Below, piece by piece: positions 54,501 to 64,000 of a DNA stretch of 64,000 nucleotides. The translations under genes were made by a program, and so were the position numbers. The notes under the pieces are model-generated. The model was not told where the DNA came from and did no database searches. It saw only the letters and a list, made by a program, of their open reading frames with translations. Positions within the stretch are counted from its first letter, which is position 1; every line of letters begins with the position of its first letter. The DNA comes from Nitrospirota bacterium (GTDB lineage: Bacteria > Nitrospirota > Thermodesulfovibrionia > Thermodesulfovibrionales > JdFR-86): NCBI GenBank assembly GCA_963721805.1, contig CAVRJY010000001.1:1440001-1504000 (forward strand), given 5' to 3'.

Positions 54501-55391
54501 TTAGAGGACCTCTTCCTCGCCATCGAATATGAACTCGTTGCCGCCCTCAGAGAAGACGTCCGCGGCCGCGCCCTCTGACTCGGGCAGCGTCACTACGAAC
54601 GCGCTGCCCTTGCCCGGAGTGCTGTCGAGGTGTATCGTCCCGCCCATGAACTCCACGAGCGCCTTGACTATGCTCAGCCCCAGGCCGTGGCCCCGGTGGG
54701 CCTTGCAAACGCCTTCGTCGATCTGTCTGAAGCGGTCGAATATCTCCTTCTGCCTGTCCCTGTCGATGCCGATGCCCTCGTCCCTGACCGCCAGCACGAG
54801 CCTCCCGTCCCTGAGCCGGGCGCTGAGCTCGATCCGGCCCCCCGACATGCTGTATTCGATGGCGTTCGCGAGGAGGTTCGACACGATGCAATAAAGCTTC
54901 TCGGAGTCGGTCCTGAAGGTGGCCGGGCCGGCCGGATCGAGCGAGACGCTGACGACCTTGCCTTCCGATGCGGCCCTCGGGCTGAAGGAGTCGACCGCGT
55001 CCGTCAAAATCCGTCCGATGTTCGATATGGACGGAGCCACGACGGCCTCCCCGGCCTCGATCTCGGCGGCCATGAAGATGTTCCTTATCTGGAAGTCGAG
55101 GCCGAAGGCCTCGTCGTGTATCATGCTGGCGAACCTGGCCACCGGCTCATCGGGCGGGGCGTCATGCGCCATCTCGTAGGAGAGCCCTAGGATCGAGGAG
55201 AGCGGGTTAATTATCTCGTTTCTGATGTTCGAGAGGAAGTTGCTCTTCATCTGCTCGGATTCGAGCAGCTTTTTGTTGACCTCGGCGAGCTTCGCGCTCA
55301 CAATCCTCAGGTCAAACAGCGCCCTCTTGTTTTCCTCGAAGCGAGTCCTCAGCTCCTCGATAAGCTCCTCGTCCGACAGATGGCTGGCCAT
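54501..55391 (-). CDS. Histidine kinase-like protein with Asn in place of the H-box His
   Basis: FLSNIRNEIINPL, NLLANAIEY, DEGIGI, FDRFRQ, GHGLGL, GSAF. Confidence 0.85.
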   Translation of the reverse strand: MASHLSDEELIEELRTRFEENKRALFDLRIVSAKLAEVNKKLLESEQMKSNFLSNIRNEIINPLSSILGLSYEMAHDAPPDEPVARFASMIHDEAFGLDFQIRNIFMAAEIEAGEAVVAPSISNIGRILTDAVDSFSPRAASEGKVVSVSLDPAGPATFRTDSEKLYCIVSNLLANAIEYSMSGGRIELSARLRDGRLVLAVRDEGIGIDRDRQKEIFDRFRQIDEGVCKAHRGHGLGLSIVKALVEFMGGTIHLDSTPGKGSAFVVTLPESEGAAADVFSEGGNEFIFDGEEEVL

Positions 55392-55561
55392 GTCCCCTCC
55401 CTTACCGGTGTCTCTCGTATTTATCTTATCACGAAGCCTCTATTTAGCCCAAACGCGCCTGCGGCATTGAATTTTGCCCCCCCGCGAAACTATAATTAAC
55501 GATCCGAAACCCTGAACCCTCAAAGTCAGGGTTCCGTACATCCGAACCAAGGAGCGTTGCC

Positions 55562-56413
55562 ATGCCGAAAATTCTTGAAAAGAGGCTCATCCGAAAGCCC
55601 GACGTGTTCTATTACAAGGTCGCCGCTCCGGCGATCTCGCGTAAGGCGCAGCCGGGGCAGTTCGTCATCATCCGCATCAACGAGACGGGCGAGCGCATAC
55701 CGCTTTCGCTGGCGGACATCAACCCCGAAGAGGGCACGATCAGCCTGATCGTCATGGTCATCGGGAAGACCTCGGGGGACCTCTCGCTGCTTAACGCGGG
55801 CGACGAGATCCTCGACCTCTGCGGCCCGCTCGGCCAGCCGACCCATATCGGCAAGCTAGGGCGCGTCGTGCTCGTTGGCGGCGGGTTCGGAGTGGCCCCG
55901 CTCTACCCGATCGCAAAGGCGTTTAAGGCCGCGGGCAACGTGGTTACATGCGTGATGGGCGCGCGCAACAAAGACCTCCTCGTCTACGAGGAAGAGATGC
56001 TGCGCGTCTGCGACAAGGTCCTCGTTTCCACGGACGACGGCAGCAAGGGTATCAAGGGCGTCGTCACGATGGCGCTCGAGGCTGAGATAAAGGAAAACGG
56101 CGCGGACCTGGTGATGGCCGTCGGGCCCGCGATCATGATGAAGTTCGTCTCTGCCACGACCAAGCCGCTCGGGGTCAAGACTCTCGTGAGCCTGAACCCG
56201 ATCATGGTCGACGGCACCGGGATGTGCGGCGGCTGCCGCGTCGATATCGGCGGCAAGACTATGTTCGCCTGCGCCGACGGCCCTGACTTCGACGGGCACC
56301 TCGTGAACTGGGACCTGCTGATGAGCCGCCAGAAGACGTACGCACCAGAGGAGAAGATCTCCTTCGACCAATGGAAAGAAAAACACGCGCATATGCTTTG
56401 CGAGACCAAATAA
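55562..56413 (+). CDS. nfnA: NfnA/SudB-like FAD/2Fe-2S subunit
   Basis: PGQFVI, GERIPL, GPLG, GGGFG, MVDGTGMCGGCRV, CADGPDFD. Confidence 0.88.
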   Translation: MPKILEKRLIRKPDVFYYKVAAPAISRKAQPGQFVIIRINETGERIPLSLADINPEEGTISLIVMVIGKTSGDLSLLNAGDEILDLCGPLGQPTHIGKLGRVVLVGGGFGVAPLYPIAKAFKAAGNVVTCVMGARNKDLLVYEEEMLRVCDKVLVSTDDGSKGIKGVVTMALEAEIKENGADLVMAVGPAIMMKFVSATTKPLGVKTLVSLNPIMVDGTGMCGGCRVDIGGKTMFACADGPDFDGHLVNWDLLMSRQKTYAPEEKISFDQWKEKHAHMLCETK

Positions 56414-56428
56414 CAAGGACCCGAGGCG

Positions 56429-57844
56429 ATGACAGAAGAAACCCCCAAGGCTAGAAAGATCATACCCAAGCGCATACCGATGACCGAGCAGGACCCGGCT
56501 GTCCGCGCCACGAACTTCAAGGAGGTCTCGCTCGGCTACACCCGCGAGCAGGCCATGGCCGAGGCGGAGCGCTGCCTCTCCTGCAAGAAACCCGCGTGCG
56601 TCGAGGGCTGCCCGGTCAACGTGCCGATCCCCCAGTTCATAAAGGCGCTCCGCGAGGAAGGCCCGGCGAAGGCCATAACCATCCTCAAGGAGAAGAACAT
56701 CCTCCCGGCCGTATGCGGCAGGGTATGCCCGCAGGAGACGCAGTGCGAGCAGCGCTGCATCGTCGGCAAGAAGCACGACCCGGTCGCAATCGGCAGGCTC
56801 GAGCGCTTTGTCGCAGACGAGGCGATGAGGAACCCCTCGACGGTGGCCCCGGTGCTCCCGAAACCGACCGGCAAGAAGGTCGCTATAGTCGGCAGCGGCC
56901 CGTCCGGGCTTACGGCCGCATCGGACCTCGCGCGCATGGGCCACAAGGTCACGATATTCGAGGCCTTCCACGCCCCCGGCGGCGTGCTGCTTTACGGCAT
57001 ACCCGAGTTCCGCCTGCCCAAGGACATCGTCCGCAAGGAGATCGAGGGCCTGCGCGCGATGGGCGTGGACATCCAGCTTAACTCCGTAGTCGGAAAGCTG
57101 ATCTCTATCGAGGAGATCATGAAGGAGTTCGACGCCTGCTTCATCGGCACCGGCGCGGGGCTCCCGAAGTTCATGAACATCCCCGGCGAGAACCTAAACG
57201 GCGTGTATTCGGCCAATGAGTTCCTGACGCGCGTAAACCTGATGCGCGCCTACACCTTCCCCACCTACGACACGCCGATCAAGCACGGCAGCCACGTCGC
57301 GGTCGTCGGCGGCGGCAACGTCGCTATGGACGCGGTGCGCACCGCAAAGAGGCTCGGCGCTACCGAGGCGATCATCGTATACCGAAGATCAGAGGTCGAG
57401 CTGCCCGCTCGCCGCGAGGAAGTCCACCACGCAAAGGAAGAGGGCATCCGTTTTGAGATGCTCACGTCCCCGGTACGAATAATCGGTGAAAACGGCTGGG
57501 TTACGGGTATCGAGTGCCTGCGCATGGAGCTCTCCGAGCCGGACGCCTCAGGCCGCAGGAAGCCGGTAGAGAAAAAGGGATCGGAATTTGTGATCCCGGT
57601 CGATACCGTAATCATGGCCATCGGCACCGGGGCCAACCCTCTGGTGCCCGAGAGCACGCCAGAGCTTGCCAAGACGAAATACGGATACATAGTCGCCAAC
57701 GATGAGACCGGCGTCACTAGCATACCCGGCGTCTTCGCGGGTGGAGATATCGTAACCGGCTCGGCCACGGTCATCTCTGCCATGGGCGCGGGCCGCAAGG
57801 CAGCCAAGGCGATCAACGAATACCTGATGGCCGCCAAGGCATAG
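56429..57844 (+). CDS. nfnB: NfnB/SudA (GltD-like) subunit
   Basis: RCLSCKKPACVEGCP, CGRVCPQETQCE, GSGPSG, YGIPEFRLP, GGGNVAMD; paired with nfnA. Confidence 0.88.
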   Translation: MTEETPKARKIIPKRIPMTEQDPAVRATNFKEVSLGYTREQAMAEAERCLSCKKPACVEGCPVNVPIPQFIKALREEGPAKAITILKEKNILPAVCGRVCPQETQCEQRCIVGKKHDPVAIGRLERFVADEAMRNPSTVAPVLPKPTGKKVAIVGSGPSGLTAASDLARMGHKVTIFEAFHAPGGVLLYGIPEFRLPKDIVRKEIEGLRAMGVDIQLNSVVGKLISIEEIMKEFDACFIGTGAGLPKFMNIPGENLNGVYSANEFLTRVNLMRAYTFPTYDTPIKHGSHVAVVGGGNVAMDAVRTAKRLGATEAIIVYRRSEVELPARREEVHHAKEEGIRFEMLTSPVRIIGENGWVTGIECLRMELSEPDASGRRKPVEKKGSEFVIPVDTVIMAIGTGANPLVPESTPELAKTKYGYIVANDETGVTSIPGVFAGGDIVTGSATVISAMGAGRKAAKAINEYLMAAKA

Positions 57845-57846
57845 CG

Positions 57847-58635
57847 ATGCAGCAGCAGACGATGGACGATCTTTACAAGGTCAGGGTCCCGCTCTTCGAG
57901 GGGCCCCTGGATCTGCTCCTGCACCTCATCAGGGAGAACAAGATCGACATCTATGACATACCGATCTCGCTGATCACGCACCAGTACCTCGAATACATCG
58001 AGCTTCTGAAGGAACTCGACCTCGACATCGCAGGCGAGTTCCTTGTGATGGCCGCGACCCTCATACACATCAAGTCGCGCATGCTCCTGCCTATCGAGGA
58101 GACCGCGGACACCGAAGAGCTCGAGGACCCCCGCCTCGAACTCGTCCAGAGGCTGCTTGCTTACAGGGAGTTCAAGGACGCCTCGCTCGGGCTCCGCGAG
58201 CGCGAGGAGCATTGGAGCGAGGTCATGTACCGCTCGCCCGAGGCGGAGCCGGAGCTCGACGAGTCCGGGGACGGATCGGGCGAACTGCCGCTTTTCAATC
58301 TGAACATATTCGACCTGCTCATGGCCTTTAGGAAGATCCTGGATCGCGTGCCGTCCGAGATCGCCTCGATCACCAAGGAAGCGCTCTCGATCAAGGACAG
58401 CATGGCGCATATCATCGAGGCGCTGAGGGGCTCGGAGGCGGTGCGGTTTGAGGATCTGTTTGAGGGCGTGGCCTCGAAGCCGCACCTGATCATCACGTTT
58501 GTCGCCCTTTTGGAGGCCATAAAGATCGGGCTTGCGCGCGTGTATCAGGAGGCCGAGTTCGGGCAGCTCTGGGTCATCAGGCCCGAGGACCGGCCTGTCG
58601 AGACTCCGCAATCAGACGCAGTGGCAGCGGCATAG
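57847..58635 (+). CDS. scpA: Segregation and condensation protein A
   Basis: FEGPLDLLLHLI, EFLVMAATLIHIKSRMLLP, TFVALLE. Confidence 0.93.
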   Translation: MQQQTMDDLYKVRVPLFEGPLDLLLHLIRENKIDIYDIPISLITHQYLEYIELLKELDLDIAGEFLVMAATLIHIKSRMLLPIEETADTEELEDPRLELVQRLLAYREFKDASLGLREREEHWSEVMYRSPEAEPELDESGDGSGELPLFNLNIFDLLMAFRKILDRVPSEIASITKEALSIKDSMAHIIEALRGSEAVRFEDLFEGVASKPHLIITFVALLEAIKIGLARVYQEAEFGQLWVIRPEDRPVETPQSDAVAAA

Positions 58636-58656
58636 CCGCCCTGCCCCGTCCCCTCC

Positions 58657-59649
58657 ATGTACGTACTCGGCATCGACACCTCCTGCGACGACACCTCGGC
58701 CTCGCTGCTTGAGTGCTCCCCCGAACGTGTAAGCATAGTCAGAAACGTCGTATCGAGCCAGACCGCGATCCATACCAAATACGGCGGCATAGTGCCGGAG
58801 CTCGCCTCGCGCAGCCACATCGAGATGATCTGGCCGGTCGCGGCCGAGGCCATGGGCGGCATGGACATCAGGCAGCTCGGGCTCGTCTCTGTATGCGCGG
58901 GACCTGGCCTGATAGGCTCGCTGTTGGTAGGCTGCTCTTTCGTGAAGGCGATGTGCTACGCAGCCGGGCTGCAGTTCGTCGGCGTAAACCATCTCGAAGG
59001 CCACATACTCTCCCCGTTTCTCGAGGGCCGCTCACCCGAGTTCCCGTTTCTGGCGCTCGTCGTCTCTGGCGGCCATACGTCCATCTATAAGGTCTCGGAC
59101 TACTGCGACTATACCGGGATCGGCCGCACCAGAGACGACGCGGCGGGAGAGGCATACGACAAGGTCTCGAAGCTTTTGGGCCTCGGGTATCCCGGGGGCC
59201 CTGTGATCGACCGCCTCGCATCGGAGGGCAACCCGCACGCCGTGGAGTTCCCGCGCGCTTATCTGCCCGGAGGGTACGACTTCAGCTTCAGCGGGCTTAA
59301 GACCGCGGTGAGGCTCGCCAGGGAGTCCAACCCCGGCCTCAGCGACGCGGACGTAGCGGCTTCGTTTCAGGCCGCGGTGATCGACGTGCTAGTGCGCAAG
59401 TGCGAATGGGCGATGAGGGATACGGGCATCAACAGGCTCGCGATCTCGGGCGGCGTGGCCGCAAACAGCGGTCTTCGCGCTAGCATGACCGCGATGGCCG
59501 AGGCCACGGGCGTGGAGCTCTACCTCCCGTCGCTTGCGTTTTGCACGGACAACGCCGCTATGATCGCGCTTTCGGGCTACAGGCGCCACCTCAGGGGCGA
59601 ACGCTCCGGGCTCGACCTCAACCCGAGGCCATACCTTCCTATCGGATAG
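58657..59649 (+). CDS. tsaD: tRNA N6-adenosine threonylcarbamoyltransferase
   Basis: GIDTSCDDT, GGIVPELASRSH, HLEGH, VSGGHT, DDAAGEAYDK, FSFSGLKT, CTDNAAMI. Confidence 0.95.
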   Translation: MYVLGIDTSCDDTSASLLECSPERVSIVRNVVSSQTAIHTKYGGIVPELASRSHIEMIWPVAAEAMGGMDIRQLGLVSVCAGPGLIGSLLVGCSFVKAMCYAAGLQFVGVNHLEGHILSPFLEGRSPEFPFLALVVSGGHTSIYKVSDYCDYTGIGRTRDDAAGEAYDKVSKLLGLGYPGGPVIDRLASEGNPHAVEFPRAYLPGGYDFSFSGLKTAVRLARESNPGLSDADVAASFQAAVIDVLVRKCEWAMRDTGINRLAISGGVAANSGLRASMTAMAEATGVELYLPSLAFCTDNAAMIALSGYRRHLRGERSGLDLNPRPYLPIG

Positions 59650-59711
59650 CGCATTACCGATTTTCGTTATGTTAAAATTTAAGCATTCCATTTATATCCA
59701 AAGGAGCAATC

Positions 59712-60887
59712 ATGCTTGCTGACAGGGCAAAGAGAATAAAGCCGTCCGCCACGCTCGCGATGGACGCCAAGGCCAAGGCCATGAAGCAGGAAGGCAGGGA
59801 CATCGTCAATTTCGGGGTCGGCGAGCCTGACTTCGACACGCCTGATAACATCAAGGAGGCCGCGATCCGGGCCATCAGGGCCGGGTTCACTAAATACACC
59901 CCCGCCGGCGGCACGGTGCAGCTCAAAGAGGCCGTAATGGGCAAGTTCAAGTCCGAAAACGGCCTGACATACAAACCCGAAGGCATTATAGTCTCCTGCG
60001 GGGCGAAGCACAGCCTATATAACATCGCTCAGGCCCTGTACGGCCCCGGCGACGAGGTCATCATCCCATCCCCTTACTGGGTCTCGTACCCCGATCAGGT
60101 GCTCTTAAACGACGCGACCCCCGTAATAGTCCAGACGCACGAGGCTGACTCCTTCATGCTCCGCCCCGAGGCGCTAAAAGAGAAGATCACCAGGCATACC
60201 AAGGCGATAATCCTAAACTCGCCCTCGAACCCCACAGGGCTCACCTATGACCGCCATACGCTGGAGGCCATCGCGCAGATAGCGGTCGAGAACAACCTCT
60301 ACGTGATCTCCGACGAGATATACGAACACCTCATATATGACGGCGGCAGGCACGTCAGCATCGCATCTCTGGGCAGGGAGATCTTCGAGCGCACGATAGT
60401 CGTAAACGGGCTCTCGAAGGCCTACGCCATGACAGGATGGCGCATCGGGTATGCGGCAGGTCCGGCGCCGATCATAAAGGCGATGACGAACATACAGGGG
60501 CAGTCGACCTCCAACCCCTCATCGATCTCGCAGGCCGCGGCTATAGAAGCCCTCACCGGGCCGCAGGATTTCATAAGCGTGATGCGCGCGGAGTTCGACA
60601 AACGCCGGAAATACCTGGTCGGCGAGCTGAACTCGATCCCCGGCATGCACTGCCTCACCCCAACTGGCGCGTTCTACGCCTTCCCCAACACTGCCAAGCT
60701 CTACGGCGGCAAGGTGAAAAATTCCACCGAGCTCTCGATGTACCTGCTCGACGAGGCGATGGTCGCGCTCGTGCCGGGCGAGCCGTTCGGGAGCGACGAC
60801 CACATCCGAATATCGTATGCGGTCTCGATGGCCGACATCGAGAAGGCGGTCGTACGCATAAAAGCCGCGATAGAGAAGCTGGTCTAG
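59712..60887 (+). CDS. Aspartate aminotransferase (class I/II PLP enzyme)
   Basis: GEPDFDTP, NSPSNPTG, SDEIY, SKAYAMTGWRIG. Confidence 0.9.
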   Translation: MLADRAKRIKPSATLAMDAKAKAMKQEGRDIVNFGVGEPDFDTPDNIKEAAIRAIRAGFTKYTPAGGTVQLKEAVMGKFKSENGLTYKPEGIIVSCGAKHSLYNIAQALYGPGDEVIIPSPYWVSYPDQVLLNDATPVIVQTHEADSFMLRPEALKEKITRHTKAIILNSPSNPTGLTYDRHTLEAIAQIAVENNLYVISDEIYEHLIYDGGRHVSIASLGREIFERTIVVNGLSKAYAMTGWRIGYAAGPAPIIKAMTNIQGQSTSNPSSISQAAAIEALTGPQDFISVMRAEFDKRRKYLVGELNSIPGMHCLTPTGAFYAFPNTAKLYGGKVKNSTELSMYLLDEAMVALVPGEPFGSDDHIRISYAVSMADIEKAVVRIKAAIEKLV

Positions 60888-60888
60888 A

Positions 60889-61788
60889 GTGGAAAAGGAG
60901 GCACTGGTGCCTTTCCGCTCCGGGTTCATATCTATCACCGGCAGGCCGAACGTCGGCAAGTCCACGCTCCTAAACCAGATCCTCGGCCAGAAGATCGCCA
61001 TAGTGACCAACCGGCCTCAGACCACGCGCAACCGCATCCTGGGCATCAAAAACACCCCAGAGGCCCAGCTCGTATTTTTGGACACGCCGGGCATCCATAC
61101 CCCGCGCCACGGCCTGGGCGCGGTGCTCGTGAAGGAGGCCAAGCAGGCGATCAAGGACGTAGAGGTCGTGCTCCTAGTGGTCGAGCCCCGCACGCCGCGC
61201 AACGACGACCGTGCGGTCATTAAGCTGCTCACCGGCATCAACAAACCGGTCGTGCTTGCGATCAACAAGATAGACTCCGTGAGCAAGCCCGACCTCCTGC
61301 CCGTGATACAGGCGTACGCCGCGCTTTTTGAGTTTAACGAGGTCGTGCCGATCTCTGCGATCGAGGGCGAGGGTGTGGACGAACTCGTACGCGCGCTCGC
61401 CTCGCACCTGCCCGAGGGCGCGCCGCTCTATCCCGAGGACATGGTGACGGACTCGCTCGAGCGGTTCATCGCGGCGGAGTTCATCCGCGAGAAGGTGATG
61501 CGCCAGACCGGCGAGGAGGTGCCGCACTCGGCCGCCGTAGAGATCGTAACCTGGGAGGAGCGCCCCAACGGAGTCGTGAGCATCAGCGCCAACATCTATG
61601 TTGAAAAAGACGGGCAGAAGGGTATTATAATAGGGAACCGCGGCGAGCGGCTCAAGAGCATCGGGGTCGCGGCCCGCACCGAAATCGAAGGCCTCTTGGG
61701 GACCAAGGTGTTCCTCGAGCTATGGGTGAAGGTCAAGAAGGACTGGCGCATGAAGAAGACCGCATTGAGCGAGCTGGGGTTTAACTGA
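60889..61788 (+). CDS. era: GTPase Era
   Basis: GRPNVGKST, QTTR, DTPG, NKID, REK, KH domain GIIIG. Confidence 0.96.
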   Translation: MEKEALVPFRSGFISITGRPNVGKSTLLNQILGQKIAIVTNRPQTTRNRILGIKNTPEAQLVFLDTPGIHTPRHGLGAVLVKEAKQAIKDVEVVLLVVEPRTPRNDDRAVIKLLTGINKPVVLAINKIDSVSKPDLLPVIQAYAALFEFNEVVPISAIEGEGVDELVRALASHLPEGAPLYPEDMVTDSLERFIAAEFIREKVMRQTGEEVPHSAAVEIVTWEERPNGVVSISANIYVEKDGQKGIIIGNRGERLKSIGVAARTEIEGLLGTKVFLELWVKVKKDWRMKKTALSELGFN

Positions 61789-62240
61789 TGCTTCTGAAGA
61801 TGAAGGTCGAGGGGCTGCTCTTCGACCCCCGGAGCAACATGTACATCCTTCTTTTAAAGGACACGGACGGCTCCGACACGCTCCCGATCTGGATCGGCAA
61901 GCCCGAGGCCGACTCGATCGCGCTCGCCCTGGGCAAGGTCGCCACCCCCCGCCCGCTCACGCACGACCTCGTCCGAAACATCATGGACGCGCTCCTGGTT
62001 AAAGTCACCCGCATCGTCATCACGCAGATCATGGACAACACCTACTACTCGCTGATCTACATGACGGACGGCACGAGGGAGGTCCCGGTGGACTCAAGGC
62101 CGAGCGACGCCGTGGCCGTCGCGCTTCGCACCGGCGCGCCGATTTATGTTGAGGACGAGGTGCTCAACAAGAAGAACTCCGACGGACTCGAAGAGTGGCT
62201 CAAAAACCTCAAGCCAGAGGATTTCGGAAACATAATGTAG
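61788..62240 (+). CDS. Bifunctional nuclease family protein (DUF151)
   Basis: LPIWIG, RPLTHDL, DSRPSDAVAVA. Confidence 0.9.
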   Translation: MLLKMKVEGLLFDPRSNMYILLLKDTDGSDTLPIWIGKPEADSIALALGKVATPRPLTHDLVRNIMDALLVKVTRIVITQIMDNTYYSLIYMTDGTREVPVDSRPSDAVAVALRTGAPIYVEDEVLNKKNSDGLEEWLKNLKPEDFGNIM

Positions 62241-62298
62241 TCCCGGCACCGGGCTCCCGGATGGCCCGCACCACGACCGCATTATCGTTTGGCCCCTT

Positions 62299-63036
62299 AT
62301 GCTGAGAAAGACCGAGGGCATCGTCCTGCGCACCATCCCGTTTGGCGAGGCAGACCTGATCGTAACCTACATCACGCTCGATTTCGGTATTTTGAAGGCG
62401 TTCGCAAAAAGTCCGCGTAAAACAAAAAGCCGCTTCGGGAGCAGCCTCGAGCCGTTCACGCACTCCCTCATCGGCGTGATGGGCCGCGAGGACGCCCAGC
62501 TCCCGCGCCTCACGCAATCCGACATCGTCCGTCCGCATCAGGCCTTGAGGGAGAGCCTGCGCACCATGGTCAGCCTAAGCGCGATGGCTGAACTCACGCT
62601 CGCCCTGATGCCCGAATCCGCGCCCAACGAGCCCGCCTTCAGGCTGCTGGAGCAGGTCCTCGACCTCATGGACTCTGCCCCTGACGATCCGCTCTACCCG
62701 CTTGCTTACGCGATCAGGTTTCTGGAGCTCAAGGGCTATGCCCCGGCCCTGGGCGGCTGCGCGATTTGCGGGGCCGCATGCTGTGAGTTTTATCCTTCGA
62801 TGGGCGCGCTGGTCTGCCGCTCTTGCAGGGCCGAGGGCAGTTCGGTGAGGCTTGCGCATGGAAGCATAAAGCTATATGAGGCGCTCGCCGGATGGGAGCT
62901 CGGGAAACTCAGGAGGCTTAAGGCCGGGGCGGGGATGCTCGCGGAGCTGCGCGCGCTGCTCGACGCGCACCTCGGACACGTCCTGACGCGGCCCATGAGG
63001 ACGCCGGACACCGTCGAGGCATTGCGGAACTTGTAG
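62299..63036 (+). CDS. recO: DNA repair protein RecO
   Basis: EGIVLR, GEADLIV, SRFGSSLEPF, CxxC...CxxC zinc finger. Confidence 0.9.
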   Translation: MLRKTEGIVLRTIPFGEADLIVTYITLDFGILKAFAKSPRKTKSRFGSSLEPFTHSLIGVMGREDAQLPRLTQSDIVRPHQALRESLRTMVSLSAMAELTLALMPESAPNEPAFRLLEQVLDLMDSAPDDPLYPLAYAIRFLELKGYAPALGGCAICGAACCEFYPSMGALVCRSCRAEGSSVRLAHGSIKLYEALAGWELGKLRRLKAGAGMLAELRALLDAHLGHVLTRPMRTPDTVEALRNL

Positions 63037-63039
63037 GTT

Positions 63040-64000
<961 letters not shown>

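Noticed and set aside
59651..59678. Second dif-like site (TTATGTTAAAA)
   Set aside because: Only an imperfect XerD-like half with no XerC arm; more likely the AT-rich promoter of the aminotransferase.

Overview
GC-rich bacterial chromosome segment, probably from an anaerobe of the Nitrospirota/Desulfobacterota type (inferred from gene content, not from a search). It is mostly housekeeping: purN, hpt, queD, CCA-type nucleotidyltransferase, mtaB-miaB, zapAB, trpEGD, pfk, fba, rpsB-tsf-pyrH-frr, nfnAB, scpA, tsaD, era, recO and guaB. It also has tRNA-Gly, tRNA-Cys, tRNA-Sec (selC), a UGA-containing selD, an alternate F-type (N-type) ATPase operon, c-di-GMP signalling genes and an 11-heme cytochrome c. 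A dif site at 8129-8156 places the window at the replication terminus. A 5.7-kb accessory island (10874-16579) is bracketed by two inverted copies of a 122-123-bp palindromic element. It holds an AT-rich P-loop ATPase gene with a HEPN-like tail (candidate defence gene) cleanly split by an IS200/IS605 element, an IS481 with an 8-bp target duplication, a 14-bp palindrome array and a decayed phage-like HTH gene. Other notable items: a coupled operon of two paralogous micropeptides plus a His-containing membrane protein, a lytic transglycosylase whose only plausible start lies inside tRNA-Cys, and many apparently leaderless genes. About ten single-base frameshifts, some in essential genes, point to indel errors in the sequence.
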